Shown here: piece by piece, positions 31,898 through 41,417 of the stretch | Numbering within the stretch: position 1 is the first letter of the stretch | Layout: every line of letters begins with the position of its first letter | From: an uncultured Actinomycetes bacterium | GTDB lineage: Bacteria; Actinomycetota; UBA4738; HRBIN12 | DNA length: 64,000 nt | Direction of reading: 5' to 3' | Assembly (NCBI GenBank): GCA_963704885.1 | Contig: CAVPIB010000004.1 | Span: 864,001 to 928,000 of the forward strand | Notes under the pieces: generated by a model | What the model saw: the letters and a program-made list of their open reading frames with translations, nothing else | Told to the model about the DNA's origin: nothing | The model's database searches: none | Program-made: the position numbers and the translations under genes

Positions 31898-32479
31898 TCA
31901 GCCGGTGGGGCCGGAGCGTGTGTGGCGATCCTGCGCCGCCGCGAGGCCGGCGACCACGAGCGTGCGCACGGCCTCCACGCCTTCGTCGACCAGCAGCGCA
32001 ACGTCGGCCTCTTCGCGCTTGGCGAAAGGCTCCAGCACGTAGTCGGCGGGCTCCTGACGACCGGGCGGCCTGCCCACCCCCAGACGCACGCGCAGGAACT
32101 CCGGCGTGCGTAGCGCCTGCTGCAGCGACTTCAGCCCGTTGTGACCGGCCGTTCCGCCGCCCGACTTGACGCGGAGCGCGCCGAACGCCAGATCGATCTC
32201 ATCGTGGACCGCGATCACGTGATCGGGCGCGATGTCGTGCTTCTTCGCGGTGGACGCATACGAGGGACCCGACTCGTTCATGTAGCGGAGGGACTTGGCC
32301 AGCCACAGACGCTCACCGTCGATCGTCAGCTCCGCGACCTCCACAGGGACGAATCGTGCTTTGCGGAAGCGTTCGCCCGCTGTGCTGGCCAGCTCGTCGA
32401 CGACCATGGCGCCGATGTTGTGGCGGGTCTTCGCGTAGCGGTCGCCGGGGTTGCCCAGACCGGCGACGAGCCAGGCCAT
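31898..32479 (-). CDS. pth: Peptidyl-tRNA hydrolase
   Basis: GLGNPG..TRHNIG, YMNESG, HDEIDL and GHNGLKS. Confidence 0.97.
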   Translation of the reverse strand: MAWLVAGLGNPGDRYAKTRHNIGAMVVDELASTAGERFRKARFVPVEVAELTIDGERLWLAKSLRYMNESGPSYASTAKKHDIAPDHVIAVHDEIDLAFGALRVKSGGGTAGHNGLKSLQQALRTPEFLRVRLGVGRPPGRQEPADYVLEPFAKREEADVALLVDEGVEAVRTLVVAGLAAAQDRHTRSGPTG

Positions 32480-32482
32480 GAG

Positions 32483-33184
32483 CTAGCTCTCGCCGCCCTC
32501 CTCGGCAGCGGGAGCAGGCGCGCCCTCTTCGCCCTCGACGGGAACCTCCTCGCCCTCGACAGGAACCTCCTCGCCCTCTGCGAGCTCGGGAGCTTCCTCT
32601 CCGGGGAGCAGCAACTCGGCCTCGGTGCGGAGGGCAGCCGGAGTGATCACCGACAGGACCGCATCCTCGGGGTTCGTGAGCACGGTGACGCCCGCGGGAA
32701 CGCCCACGTCCCGAACATGGATCATGTCGCCGATGTTCAGCTCTGAGATATCGACGTCGAGCTGATCCGGGACGTCCTGAGGGAGACACTCGACGAGGAG
32801 GTCGCGGAGGTGGTGCTCGACCACGCCGCCCTCTTTCACGCCGACGGCCTCGCCGAACTCGATCACGGGGACGTTCGCCGTGATGGTCTCGGTGCGGGAG
32901 ACGGCCAGGAAGTCGATGTGGATCAGCTTGTTGTGGACGTGGTCACGCTGGATCTCACGGGGCATGGCCAGGCGCGCCTTGCCGTCGACGATCAGATCGA
33001 GCAGGACGTTGGAGCCGCCCGAGGAGCGCAGCACGTGCACCATCTCGCGCGAATCCACCGAAAGTGAGATGGATTCCTGGTCGTGTCCGTAGAGCACCGC
33101 CGGCACGCGGCCAGCGGCACGGAGCTTCCGCGCCACACCCTTGCCGGCGTCGCTGCGACGCTCCGCTTCCAGCTTCGTTTCCAT
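32483..33184 (-). CDS. rplY: 50S ribosomal protein L25/Ctc
   Basis: RKLRAAGRVPAVLYG, HIDF, GVKEGG and an acidic tail. Confidence 0.96.
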   Translation of the reverse strand: METKLEAERRSDAGKGVARKLRAAGRVPAVLYGHDQESISLSVDSREMVHVLRSSGGSNVLLDLIVDGKARLAMPREIQRDHVHNKLIHIDFLAVSRTETITANVPVIEFGEAVGVKEGGVVEHHLRDLLVECLPQDVPDQLDVDISELNIGDMIHVRDVGVPAGVTVLTNPEDAVLSVITPAALRTEAELLLPGEEAPELAEGEEVPVEGEEVPVEGEEGAPAPAAEEGGES

Positions 33185-33270
33185 GGTCGTTCCTTCTGAA
33201 GAGGTCCCCGGGTTCGGCCGCATATGGTACCGGCTGACCGGCGCGAACGACCTGCAGGGATACGCCCAGG

Positions 33271-34251
33271 CTAGACCTGGTTGTCGCCTCGGAAGATCTC
33301 GCTGACGGAGTTGTCTTCGAAGACGGCGCGGAGCGCCATGGCGATCAGCGGGGCGATCGACAGCACCTTCAGCTTGTCGAACTGCCGCTCCTCAGGGATC
33401 GGGACCGTGTTCGTGACCACGACCTCCTCTATAGGAGCCTCCTCGAGCGACTGGCGAGCCTTCCCGGAGAAGATCGCGTGCGTCGCCGCCGCGTAGATCG
33501 GGCCGGCACCCTGCGCCTGCAACGCCTCAGCACCTTTGGCCACCGTGCCGGCAGTGTCGATCATGTCGTCGACCAGCACGCACGGCCGGCCGTCCACCTC
33601 ACCGACGACCGCCATCTCTTCGATCTTGTGCGCCTCTGTGCGCGAGCGGCGCTTGTACATGAACGCCAGGTCCGCATGCAGGTACTTGCGGAGCACCTCA
33701 GCGGTCTTGATCCGTCCGGCGTCCGGCGCCACGATGACCAGGTCGTCGCCCGACAGGCCCAGCGTGTTCTCGAGGTAGTCGGACAAGATGGGCAACGCCG
33801 TCAGGTGGTCGAACGGCGCGTCGAAGTAGCCCTGGATCTGTCCCGAGTGCAGGTCGACCGAGACGATGCGGTCGGCGCCGGCGCTCGTCAGCAGGTCCGC
33901 GACCAGCTTGGCGCTGATCGGTTCGCGTGACAGCGCCTTGTGGTCCTGGCGTGAGTAACCGTAGTACGGGATCACCGCGGTGATGCGCTTGGCAGATGCC
34001 CGCTTCATGGCGTCGATCATGATGAGCTGCTCCATGATCGCCTCGTTGACCGGCTCGTAGTGCGTCTGGACGACGAAGCAGTCGGCGCCGCGCACGCTCT
34101 CCTTCGCCCGGAAGTAGAGCTCGGTGTTCGCGAACCGCCGGATCTCCGCTTCGCTGATCGGTATCCCCAGGCAGTCGGCGATCTCGTTCCCCAGCGCTGG
34201 ATGGATGGTGCCGGTGAACAGCATCATCCGTTTCTTCGTGATGATCTCCAC
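33271..34251 (-). CDS. prs: Ribose-phosphate pyrophosphokinase
   Basis: PYYGYSRQD, DLHSGQIQG, APDAG and VDDMIDTAGT; GTG at 34251. Confidence 0.97.
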   Translation of the reverse strand: MEIITKKRMMLFTGTIHPALGNEIADCLGIPISEAEIRRFANTELYFRAKESVRGADCFVVQTHYEPVNEAIMEQLIMIDAMKRASAKRITAVIPYYGYSRQDHKALSREPISAKLVADLLTSAGADRIVSVDLHSGQIQGYFDAPFDHLTALPILSDYLENTLGLSGDDLVIVAPDAGRIKTAEVLRKYLHADLAFMYKRRSRTEAHKIEEMAVVGEVDGRPCVLVDDMIDTAGTVAKGAEALQAQGAGPIYAAATHAIFSGKARQSLEEAPIEEVVVTNTVPIPEERQFDKLKVLSIAPLIAMALRAVFEDNSVSEIFRGDNQV

Positions 34252-34261
34252 CGCGATCCCC

Positions 34262-35656
34262 CTAGGCCTTCCCCGTGCGCCGATGTTGGACGTCTTTCCG
34301 CTTGCGATACCCCGGAACATTCTTCTGCTCTCCGCGTTCAACGGCGAGAGCGCCCGCCGGAACGTCCTGCGTGATCACCGACCCCGCTCCCGTGCTCGCG
34401 TCCTTGCCCACCGTGACCGGCGCGATCAACATCGTATCCGAGCCGATCGAGGCGCCGTCCCCGATCACGGAACGGTGCTTGCGGTATCCGTCGTAGTTGA
34501 CGGTGACGGTCCCCGCGCCCACGTTCACGTCCTTCCCGAGGGTCGCATCGCCCACGTAAGCCAGGTGCGGGACCTTCGATCCCTTGCCGATCGTAGCCTT
34601 CTTGATATCTACGAACGGCCCCGCATAGGAGTCATCGGCCATCACGGTCCCCGGCCGGAGCCGCGTGAACGGTCCGACCCTCGCGTGACGTCCGATAGTG
34701 GAGCTCAGCACGACCGCGAACGTGACCTCGGTGCCGTTCCCGATCTGAGAGCCAACGATCCGCGTGGAGGGGCCGATCGTGCATCCAGCGCCGATCCGCG
34801 TGTCGGTCTCCAGGAACGTGTTGGGCAAGATCACGGTTTCCGGGCCGATCTTCACATCGACATCTATGTAGGTGACGGCCGGGTCCACGATCGTGACGCC
34901 GCTCGCCAGATGTGCCTCGTTGACTCGTTCGCGGATCACGCGCTCGACCGCCGCGAGTCCCCCGCGTGAATTGACGCCGAACGTCCCGCCGGTGTCGACC
35001 GGAACGACCGACACCCGCTCGCCCTTGTCCATCAGGATGGGCAGGACCTCATTCAGGTAGTACTCGCCCTGACGATTCTCCCGGTCGACGGCCGGAAGCG
35101 CACGGAAGAGATCCGTGCGTCGGAACACCATGGTGAGCGGCGAGACCTCATGGCTGGCGCGCAGTTCGGCGGGCGCGTCAACGCCCTCCACGATCCGCTG
35201 GAGCCGACCGCGGTCGTGCACCACGCGCGCATATCCGCCCGGCTGATCAAGCTCTGTCACGAAGATCGAGGCTGCGCTCTTCGTTCGCCTATGGAACTGG
35301 ACCAGTCGCTTCACGTCGTCACCGGCGATGGGGTCGAAGTCGCCGCCGGCCACCAGGACATCGTGTGCCCGGCCGACGGCGCGCTCGGCGGCGAGCACGG
35401 CGTGCCCCGTGCCCAGCAGCTCGGTCTGCTCCACGAATACCGGCTTCGGCTTGACGCCCCAGGACCTGACCGCTTCGCGCACCTGGTCGGCGCCGTGGCC
35501 CACCACGATGACGATCCTGGTCGGACGGGCAGCTGACACGGATCGAAGGACGTGCCAGAGCGCCGGACGTCCGCAGATGGGATGAAGCACCTTGGGCGTC
35601 TGCGACTTCAGACGCTTGCCCTTGCCGGCGGCGAGAACGACAGCCGCGAGCGTCAT
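34262..35656 (-). CDS. glmU: Bifunctional UDP-GlcNAc pyrophosphorylase/acetyltransferase
   Basis: LAAGKGKRLKS, LGTGHA, NRQGEYYL, hexapeptide repeats and HLAYVGDA. Confidence 0.96.
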   Translation of the reverse strand: MTLAAVVLAAGKGKRLKSQTPKVLHPICGRPALWHVLRSVSAARPTRIVIVVGHGADQVREAVRSWGVKPKPVFVEQTELLGTGHAVLAAERAVGRAHDVLVAGGDFDPIAGDDVKRLVQFHRRTKSAASIFVTELDQPGGYARVVHDRGRLQRIVEGVDAPAELRASHEVSPLTMVFRRTDLFRALPAVDRENRQGEYYLNEVLPILMDKGERVSVVPVDTGGTFGVNSRGGLAAVERVIRERVNEAHLASGVTIVDPAVTYIDVDVKIGPETVILPNTFLETDTRIGAGCTIGPSTRIVGSQIGNGTEVTFAVVLSSTIGRHARVGPFTRLRPGTVMADDSYAGPFVDIKKATIGKGSKVPHLAYVGDATLGKDVNVGAGTVTVNYDGYRKHRSVIGDGASIGSDTMLIAPVTVGKDASTGAGSVITQDVPAGALAVERGEQKNVPGYRKRKDVQHRRTGKA

Positions 35657-35756
35657 GGGCTTCTTCGTGTTCTCGGCCAACCGCGCACCCAGAGGTCGAG
35701 GGACACACATCATCGAGGGTGAGCGGTCCGCGTGACAAACCGGACCGCGGTCGAGA

Positions 35757-35830
35757 TGGTTCCGGGGGGAGGGGTCGAACCTCCATCTAGGGCTCCAAAG
35801 GCCCGCGTCTTGCCGTTAGACCACCCCGGA
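35757..35830 (-). tRNA. tRNA-Gln(UUG), CCA encoded
   Basis: Reverse complement TCCGGGG...anticodon loop CTTTGGA...GGAGGTTCGACCCCTCC...CCCCGGAACCA; usual position upstream of glmU. Confidence 0.94.
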
Positions 35831-35852
35831 TCGAGGAAGGTCGCGCGACCGA

Positions 35853-36734
35853 TTATCCCGCGCCCGGCGGTCCCGACACGACGAACGAGCCGGGAACCGC
35901 CTCCGCCAACCGGTCGGCGTGCATCATGTGCCGGGCGAGCGCGACCACGGTCGGACCGCTCCCGCTCATGACGGCCCCGAGGGCTCCCGCGTCCAGGAGC
36001 GCCCGCTTCACCTTGGCCACCTCCGGATGACGACGGCTCACGCAAGATTCGAGATCGTTGAAGAGCGCGTGGCCGAGCAACTCCACGTTGCCGGTCTCGG
36101 CCGCGGCCACCAGCGCGCCCGGGTCGTGGCCTGTCGCCCCGCCGTCCTCGTCCCACCATCGATAGGCGTCGGGCGAGCGCGTGGGGAAGTCGAAGGGATG
36201 CACCACCCACCAGGTCGTTACCACAGAGACCGGGACGACTTGTTCGCCGCGACCGCGGATCATCACCGGCTCGTTCGCCAGCATGGCGGGCACGTCCGAT
36301 CCGATCCGTTCGCCGATCGAAAGCAGGGTGTCCAGTCCAAGCTGACAACCCCAGAGTTCGTCCAGCGCCAGCAGCGTGGCGGCCGCGTCGGCGCTCCCGC
36401 CACCCAGCCCGGCGGCCACGGGGATGCGCTTCGCGATCCGGATCTCGGCACCGCGCGCGGGACCCCCGCAGGCCTCGGCGAGGGCGAGCGCCGCTACGAG
36501 CGCCAGGTTCATGCCCCCCGCGTCCGCGGACCCCGCGAGCGAGCTTTCCGTCCGCGCGTCCAACCGCAGGCGATCGGAGTCGGTGACCGTCACCTGGTCC
36601 GCGAGCGAGATCGGCAACACCAGGCTCTCCAGGTCGTGGTAGCCGTCGGCGCGCGCCCCCAGCACGCGTAGGAAGACGTTCAGCTTGGCGTTCGCCTGGC
36701 GCGTGACGGAACGTACGTCGGAGGCGGTCGTCAC
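35853..36734 (-). CDS. ispE: 4-diphosphocytidyl-2-C-methyl-D-erythritol kinase
   Basis: AKLNVFL..DGYH, KRIPVAAGLGGGSADAA, GSDVP and MSGSGPT. Confidence 0.96.
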   Translation of the reverse strand: MTTASDVRSVTRQANAKLNVFLRVLGARADGYHDLESLVLPISLADQVTVTDSDRLRLDARTESSLAGSADAGGMNLALVAALALAEACGGPARGAEIRIAKRIPVAAGLGGGSADAAATLLALDELWGCQLGLDTLLSIGERIGSDVPAMLANEPVMIRGRGEQVVPVSVVTTWWVVHPFDFPTRSPDAYRWWDEDGGATGHDPGALVAAAETGNVELLGHALFNDLESCVSRRHPEVAKVKRALLDAGALGAVMSGSGPTVVALARHMMHADRLAEAVPGSFVVSGPPGAG

Positions 36735-37555
36735 GCGAACGCCTCGGCCAGACGGGCGAAGTCCCCGAGGGAGAGCTGCTCGGCGCGGGCGCGCGGGTCT
36801 ATGGCGCTCGCACGGAGAAGGTCGTCCGCGCGCCCTGGGTCCGCGCCCAGCCGGACGACCGCGCTCCGGATGCCTTTACGCTTCTCGGCGAACCCGGCGT
36901 CGACCACTCCCCAGAGCGAGGCCGGATCGGTGTCAACCGGTGGACGCTCGAGGCGGTCCAGGCGGACGACCACAGAGGCGACCTTCGGGCGCGGCCAGAA
37001 CACGGATGGCGGGACGGTGCGAACCAGCCGACCGCGGGCGCGATACGCGACGCGCAGGCTGGCCGGTCCGTAACCTCGGTCGCCGGGCCCGGCCACGAAC
37101 CGCTCGCCCACCTCGCGCTGAACCATGACCACCAGCCGGTGCACCGACGGAGCCCGATCCAGGACCGCGAGCACCACGTCCACCGAGATGTTGTACGGGA
37201 GGTTCGCACAGAGGACCCACGGCCCGCCGTCCGCGAGCTCGGCCCCCCAATCGATCCGCGTGGCGTCGGCAGCCACGACCTCCACTCGCTCGGGTCCGGC
37301 CGTCACCTCGAGGAGCGCCGGCAGCACCGCCCGGTCGAACTCGATCGCTCGGACGTGCGCTCCGGTTGCCGCGAGCGCCAGAGTGAGCGATCCCATCCCG
37401 GCGCCAACCTCCACCACGCGATCGGCAGCGCCCACGTCCGCGTCGGCGGCGATCGCGCGCGCCAGGTTCGGATCGATCAAGAAGTGTTGCCCGAGGGCCT
37501 TCGTCGGATGGATCCCGTGGCGCGCCGCCAGCTCCCGGACTGTCGCAGCGCCCAG
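36731..37555 (-). CDS. rsmA: 16S rRNA dimethyltransferase RsmA/KsgA (start codon unresolved)
   Basis: KALGQHFLIDPN, EVGAGMG, ANLPYNIS and MVQREV. The conserved N-terminus extends upstream of TTG 37480 to a CTG at ~37555. Confidence 0.92.
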   Translation of the reverse strand: MGAATVRELAARHGIHPTKALGQHFLIDPNLARAIAADADVGAADRVVEVGAGMGSLTLALAATGAHVRAIEFDRAVLPALLEVTAGPERVEVVAADATRIDWGAELADGGPWVLCANLPYNISVDVVLAVLDRAPSVHRLVVMVQREVGERFVAGPGDRGYGPASLRVAYRARGRLVRTVPPSVFWPRPKVASVVVRLDRLERPPVDTDPASLWGVVDAGFAEKRKGIRSAVVRLGADPGRADDLLRASAIDPRARAEQLSLGDFARLAEAFA

Positions 37556-37576
37556 ACCAGCGCGGCGAGCGCCTCG

Positions 37577-38711
37577 CTACCAGTCGATGCGGACGTCGAG
37601 GACCCCGCGGCCGAGGGGCGCGAGCGCGGAGAACGCCTCGGGCGAGAGGTCGATGATGCGTCCTGCGCCGAACGGTCCCCGGTCATCGATCACGACGATA
37701 ACCGTCCGGCCGGTCGCCAGGTCGGTCACGGTCACGCGCGTGCCGAACGGGATCCAGGGGCTCGCGGCCGTGAACCCGGACCATGGCGGGTCGTACCAGG
37801 TGGCCTGGCCGGTCGCCCGGCTGCCTCCCGAGGCCTCCTTCTGGATGGTGGGGCTCGCGGGGCCGGCGAGCCGGATCTCCGCCCGGGGCGGGCGCAGCAT
37901 GTGCTCGGCCACCGGGCCGCGCGACTCCACGCGGCCGTTCAACCACACCACCGCCTCCGTCGACGTAGGCGAGCCCCGCGCTCCCGGGACTCACGACACG
38001 GACCTCGCCGGGTGCGAGTTCGCTCGTCCACGTGGTCCGCACCGGGAACGGGATCGAAACGAGGTGGGTGGCGGTCAGTTCGCTGACGCGATCGAACGAG
38101 ACGGTCGCGCCGACGTGAAGGGGGGTGCTGGGCAGTGGCAGGACGCGATCATCGACGTCGGGAGCGATCCCCATGGCCGAGAGGAGCTCCCCGGCGGTAC
38201 GAGCGTTGGTGAGGACGTCGTGGACCTTCCCAGCCACGACGGCTCGAACGCTCACCACCGGAGATGTTCCGACGTTCGACGCGGAGGCCGAAGCCTCGAC
38301 GAGCTCCGCCGTGATCCTCACGGCGGGTCCGCTGCTCGTTCCTTCCACCACCCAGACCCCCACACCTGTGAGTGCCTGGAACACCGTGCCGATCCCGGAG
38401 TCGCGCAACGCCGATGGCGCCGCGGGAGCGGGACTGACCACAACGGTCATGCCGTCGGCCAGCACCGTGGCCAACGGCGGCACCACCCGGGTGTCGTGAG
38501 AGAGCTCGATGCCCTCGCCCTCCAACAGATCCCGGACGTTTCCCGAGCTCGTGCTGATCGACTCGACGTGCGAGCCGACGATCAACGTGACGTTCGTCTG
38601 CGCCGCGACATACAGCACGCCGCCGGCGAGCGCGAGACCCGCGGCGAACATGCTCGCCTGGATCGTTCGATGGATCCGCAACCTGCGGACCCGCGAGGGT
38701 CGAACAGCCAA
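37577..38711 (-). CDS. RpfB/YabE-like cell-wall protein: DUF348 repeats + G5-like + RlpA-type DPBB domain (frameshift near 37960)
   Basis: N-terminal TM segment, DUF348-like repeats (VRDLLEGEGIEL, TAGELLSAMGI), G5-like IPF..PGSAG, then in another frame GQATWY, TAAS..PFGT and DDRGPF..RIIDLS. Located between tatD and ksgA. Confidence 0.8.
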
Positions 38712-38902
38712 CCTTCCTCCACTCCATCGAGGAAGGCTTCAGGGGGAAGCGGCGTGGCCGGACCGAAGCCATCACGTGCACGGGTCGTGACCCTAGCAAA
38801 CCCTCAACCCTCACTGCAATCTTGAGACCGAACGCACGTTCGGTGGATAACAGGGGGCATCCGGCGCGTTCTTGTGCCTTCTCGACCGGTTCCGTTCGCT
38901 CC

Positions 38903-39697
38903 CTACAGCAAACCGGGGAACGCCGCGCGAGCGTTCATCGCCGTCGCGGCGACGACCTCGTCGACGTCGTCGCCTCGAACGCGTGCGATCTCGGCGATCG
39001 TCGCCATCACGTTGGCCGGTTCGTTGTCGCGACCGCGCAGTTTCTGCGGCGCCAGGAACGGGCTGTCGGTCTCGACCAAGATGCGGTCCAGGTCGATCAC
39101 CTGAGCGGCTTGACGGAAGTGTTCGTTCTTCGGGTACGTGATGTTGCCGGCGAAGCTCACCCAATATCCACGCGCAGCGCACTCGCGGGCGATGTCGGCG
39201 TCGCCGCTGAAACAGTGGATCACCACCCGCTCCGCCGATCCCTCATCCAGTACTCGAAGGACGTCCGGCCACGCGTCGCGGACGTGCACCACGAGCGGCT
39301 TGCCGGTCTCGTTGGAGAGCGCGATGTGGATCTTGAAGACGCGCTCCTGATCCTCTACAGGCGAGCGCATCCGGAAGAAGTCCAGGCCGCATTCCCCCAC
39401 TCCCAGCACGCGCGGATCGTGGAGCAGCTCCTCGATCCTTGCTCCCGCCTCAGCATCGAAGACACTCGCGTCATGCGGGTGCATACCCGCCGTGGCGAAC
39501 ACCCCCTCGAGCCCGTCCGCCAGCTCTAGCGACCGCCGGCTCGTCTCGGGGTCCACACCGACGCAGATCAGCCGCTCCACGCCGGCGGCCCTCGCAGCCT
39601 CGACCACATCTGGAGGTTCGCGGTCCATCAGGAACAGGTGGCAGTGGGTATCCACCGCCCCCGGCTGCACCCTCAGTTCAGGGTTCTGGTCGCCCAT
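38903..39697 (-). CDS. tatD: TatD-family nuclease
   Basis: DTHCHL, GMHPH, GECGLD, VHVRDA, HCFSG and ETDSPFL. Confidence 0.93.
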   Translation of the reverse strand: MGDQNPELRVQPGAVDTHCHLFLMDREPPDVVEAARAAGVERLICVGVDPETSRRSLELADGLEGVFATAGMHPHDASVFDAEAGARIEELLHDPRVLGVGECGLDFFRMRSPVEDQERVFKIHIALSNETGKPLVVHVRDAWPDVLRVLDEGSAERVVIHCFSGDADIARECAARGYWVSFAGNITYPKNEHFRQAAQVIDLDRILVETDSPFLAPQKLRGRDNEPANVMATIAEIARVRGDDVDEVVAATAMNARAAFPGLL

Positions 39698-39741
39698 CGA
39701 GCGGCCACGATACCGACTCTCACGCTGCGGTCAATCCGGGG

Positions 39742-39757
39742 AGCTTCACGTGAAACA
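39742..39757. other. parS-like centromere site AGCTTCACGTGAAACA
   Basis: 14/16 match to the consensus TGTTTCACGTGAAACA; intergenic between metG and tatD. Confidence 0.6.
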
Positions 39758-39797
39758 CGGATCCGGAAAGACTCACCTGCGAGTGGAGGCGTGGACC

Positions 39798-41339
39798 CTA
39801 CTCGGCCTCCAGCCGGGGGAAGAGCGAGGGGCCCTTCGTGGTCCGCGTGCCGGCCTCCAGGCCTCCCCACGCGGCGGCCGCCGGGAGACGTTGGGAACCC
39901 AGGTCCTGCAGGCCGAGCTGAGACCAGAGCTCAGCCGCGGCTCGAGGCATGATCGGAGAGATGAGGACGGCGAGGATCCGGAGCGTCTCGGCGGAGGCGT
40001 ACAGGACGCCCGCGAGCTCGTCGCGGTTCGACTCGTCCTTCGCGAGCTTCCACGGCGACTTCTCGACCAGGTATCCGTTCGCGCGCCCAACGATGTCCCA
40101 CACCGCGGCGAGCGCCGACGACAGATCGACGTCGAGCATGTGCGCATCGAACCGCGCCGCGGCTTCCGCGGTGACGGCCGGGAGGTCCGCCGCGGCATCG
40201 GCCTCGGTTGCCTCGGGAACGACGCCATCGAAGTAGGACCCGAGCATCGCGAGCACCCGGCTCGCCAGGTTCCCCAGCCCGTTCGCGAGGTCTGCGTTGT
40301 GCCGATCGATCATGGACTCCCAGCTGAAGCTGCCGTCCTGACCGAACGTCATCTCGCGCATGAAGTAATAGCGGTATGAGTCCACGCCGAACCGATCCAA
40401 CAACTCGGACGGATGGATGCCCGTGAGGTTGGTCTTCGACATCTTCTTGCCGCCGACCGTGAGGTACCCGTGCGCCCAGACCTGGCTCGGCGGCTCCACG
40501 CCTCCGGCCATCAGCATGGCCGGCCAGTAGATCGCGTGGAAGCGAAGGATGTCCTTGCCGATCATGTGGATGTTGGCCGGCCACATCCGCGCGAACCGCT
40601 CGGGATCGTCCGCGTATCCGGCCGCGGTGATGTAGTTGGTGAGGGCGTCGAACCAGACGTAGGTCACGTGCTCTGGATCCCACGGGATCGGGATCCCCCA
40701 GTCGAACGTGGTCCGGCTGATCGAGAAGTCCTGCAGGCCGCTGCGGATCAGCGAGAGGACCTCGTTGCGACGGGATGACGGCTCCACGGCGCTCGGGGTC
40801 CGCTCGTAGTGCTCCAGCAGGCGGTCGGCGTATGCGGACAGCCGGAAGAAGTAGTTCTCCTCCGTCATGCGCTCGACCGGGCGCTCGTGGACCGGGCAGA
40901 GGCTGCCTTGAAGCAGGTCGGCCTCCACGTAGTAGGCCTCGCACGAGACGCAGTAGAGGCCTTCGTAGGTCCCCAGGTAGATGTCGTCTCGCCCGTTGTC
41001 GTGGACCGCTTGGAGGAGCTTCGCGACGGCGGCGGCGTGTCGCGGCTCGGTCGTGCGGATGTAGTCGTCGTACCCGATGTCGAGGCGAGCCCAAACCTCT
41101 CGCCACTTCGGCTCCATATCGTCGACCCAGGCCTTCGCCGAAGAGCCGGCGGACTCGGCGGCGCGCTGAAGCTTCAGCCCGTGCTCGTCGGTCCCCGTGA
41201 GATGGAAGACCTCCTCGCCACGGAGTCGATGGAACCGCGCGACGAAGTCCGTGGCCACCGCGTCGTACGCGTGCCCGATGTGCGGCACGTCGTTCGGGTA
41301 GTAGATCGGCGTGGTGATGTAGAAGACGTCGCGGCCCAT
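39798..41339 (-). CDS. metG: Methionine--tRNA ligase
   Basis: HIGH, TGTDEHG, YVWFDAL, IGKDILRFH and KMSKT. Confidence 0.97.
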   Translation of the reverse strand: MGRDVFYITTPIYYPNDVPHIGHAYDAVATDFVARFHRLRGEEVFHLTGTDEHGLKLQRAAESAGSSAKAWVDDMEPKWREVWARLDIGYDDYIRTTEPRHAAAVAKLLQAVHDNGRDDIYLGTYEGLYCVSCEAYYVEADLLQGSLCPVHERPVERMTEENYFFRLSAYADRLLEHYERTPSAVEPSSRRNEVLSLIRSGLQDFSISRTTFDWGIPIPWDPEHVTYVWFDALTNYITAAGYADDPERFARMWPANIHMIGKDILRFHAIYWPAMLMAGGVEPPSQVWAHGYLTVGGKKMSKTNLTGIHPSELLDRFGVDSYRYYFMREMTFGQDGSFSWESMIDRHNADLANGLGNLASRVLAMLGSYFDGVVPEATEADAAADLPAVTAEAAARFDAHMLDVDLSSALAAVWDIVGRANGYLVEKSPWKLAKDESNRDELAGVLYASAETLRILAVLISPIMPRAAAELWSQLGLQDLGSQRLPAAAAWGGLEAGTRTTKGPSLFPRLEAE

Positions 41340-41387
41340 GGTCGGCTCATGGTACCGGCCGGACAGCATCCGATCCGCAGAACGGCC

Positions 41388-41410
41388 CACTAGTCTGATA
41401 CAGACTAGTG
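41388..41410. promoter_or_regulatory. Perfect palindrome CACTAGTCTG-ATA-CAGACTAGTG upstream of metG
   Basis: 10-bp inverted arms read directly; AT-rich and CTAG-containing in a GC-rich context. Confidence 0.55.
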
Positions 41411-41417
41411 ATAGATC

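Noticed and set aside
31852-32169. C-terminal extension of the DUF4325 protein overlapping pth
   Set aside because: Arg-rich low-complexity tail that appears after a single-base insertion near 31791.
32520-32585. 21-bp repeat (EGEEVPV) in rplY
   Set aside because: Ordinary low-complexity acidic tail of L25/Ctc.
35722-35748. Hairpin GCGGTCCG..CGGACCGC after tRNA-Gln
   Set aside because: Probably a routine processing or termination hairpin; no further signal.
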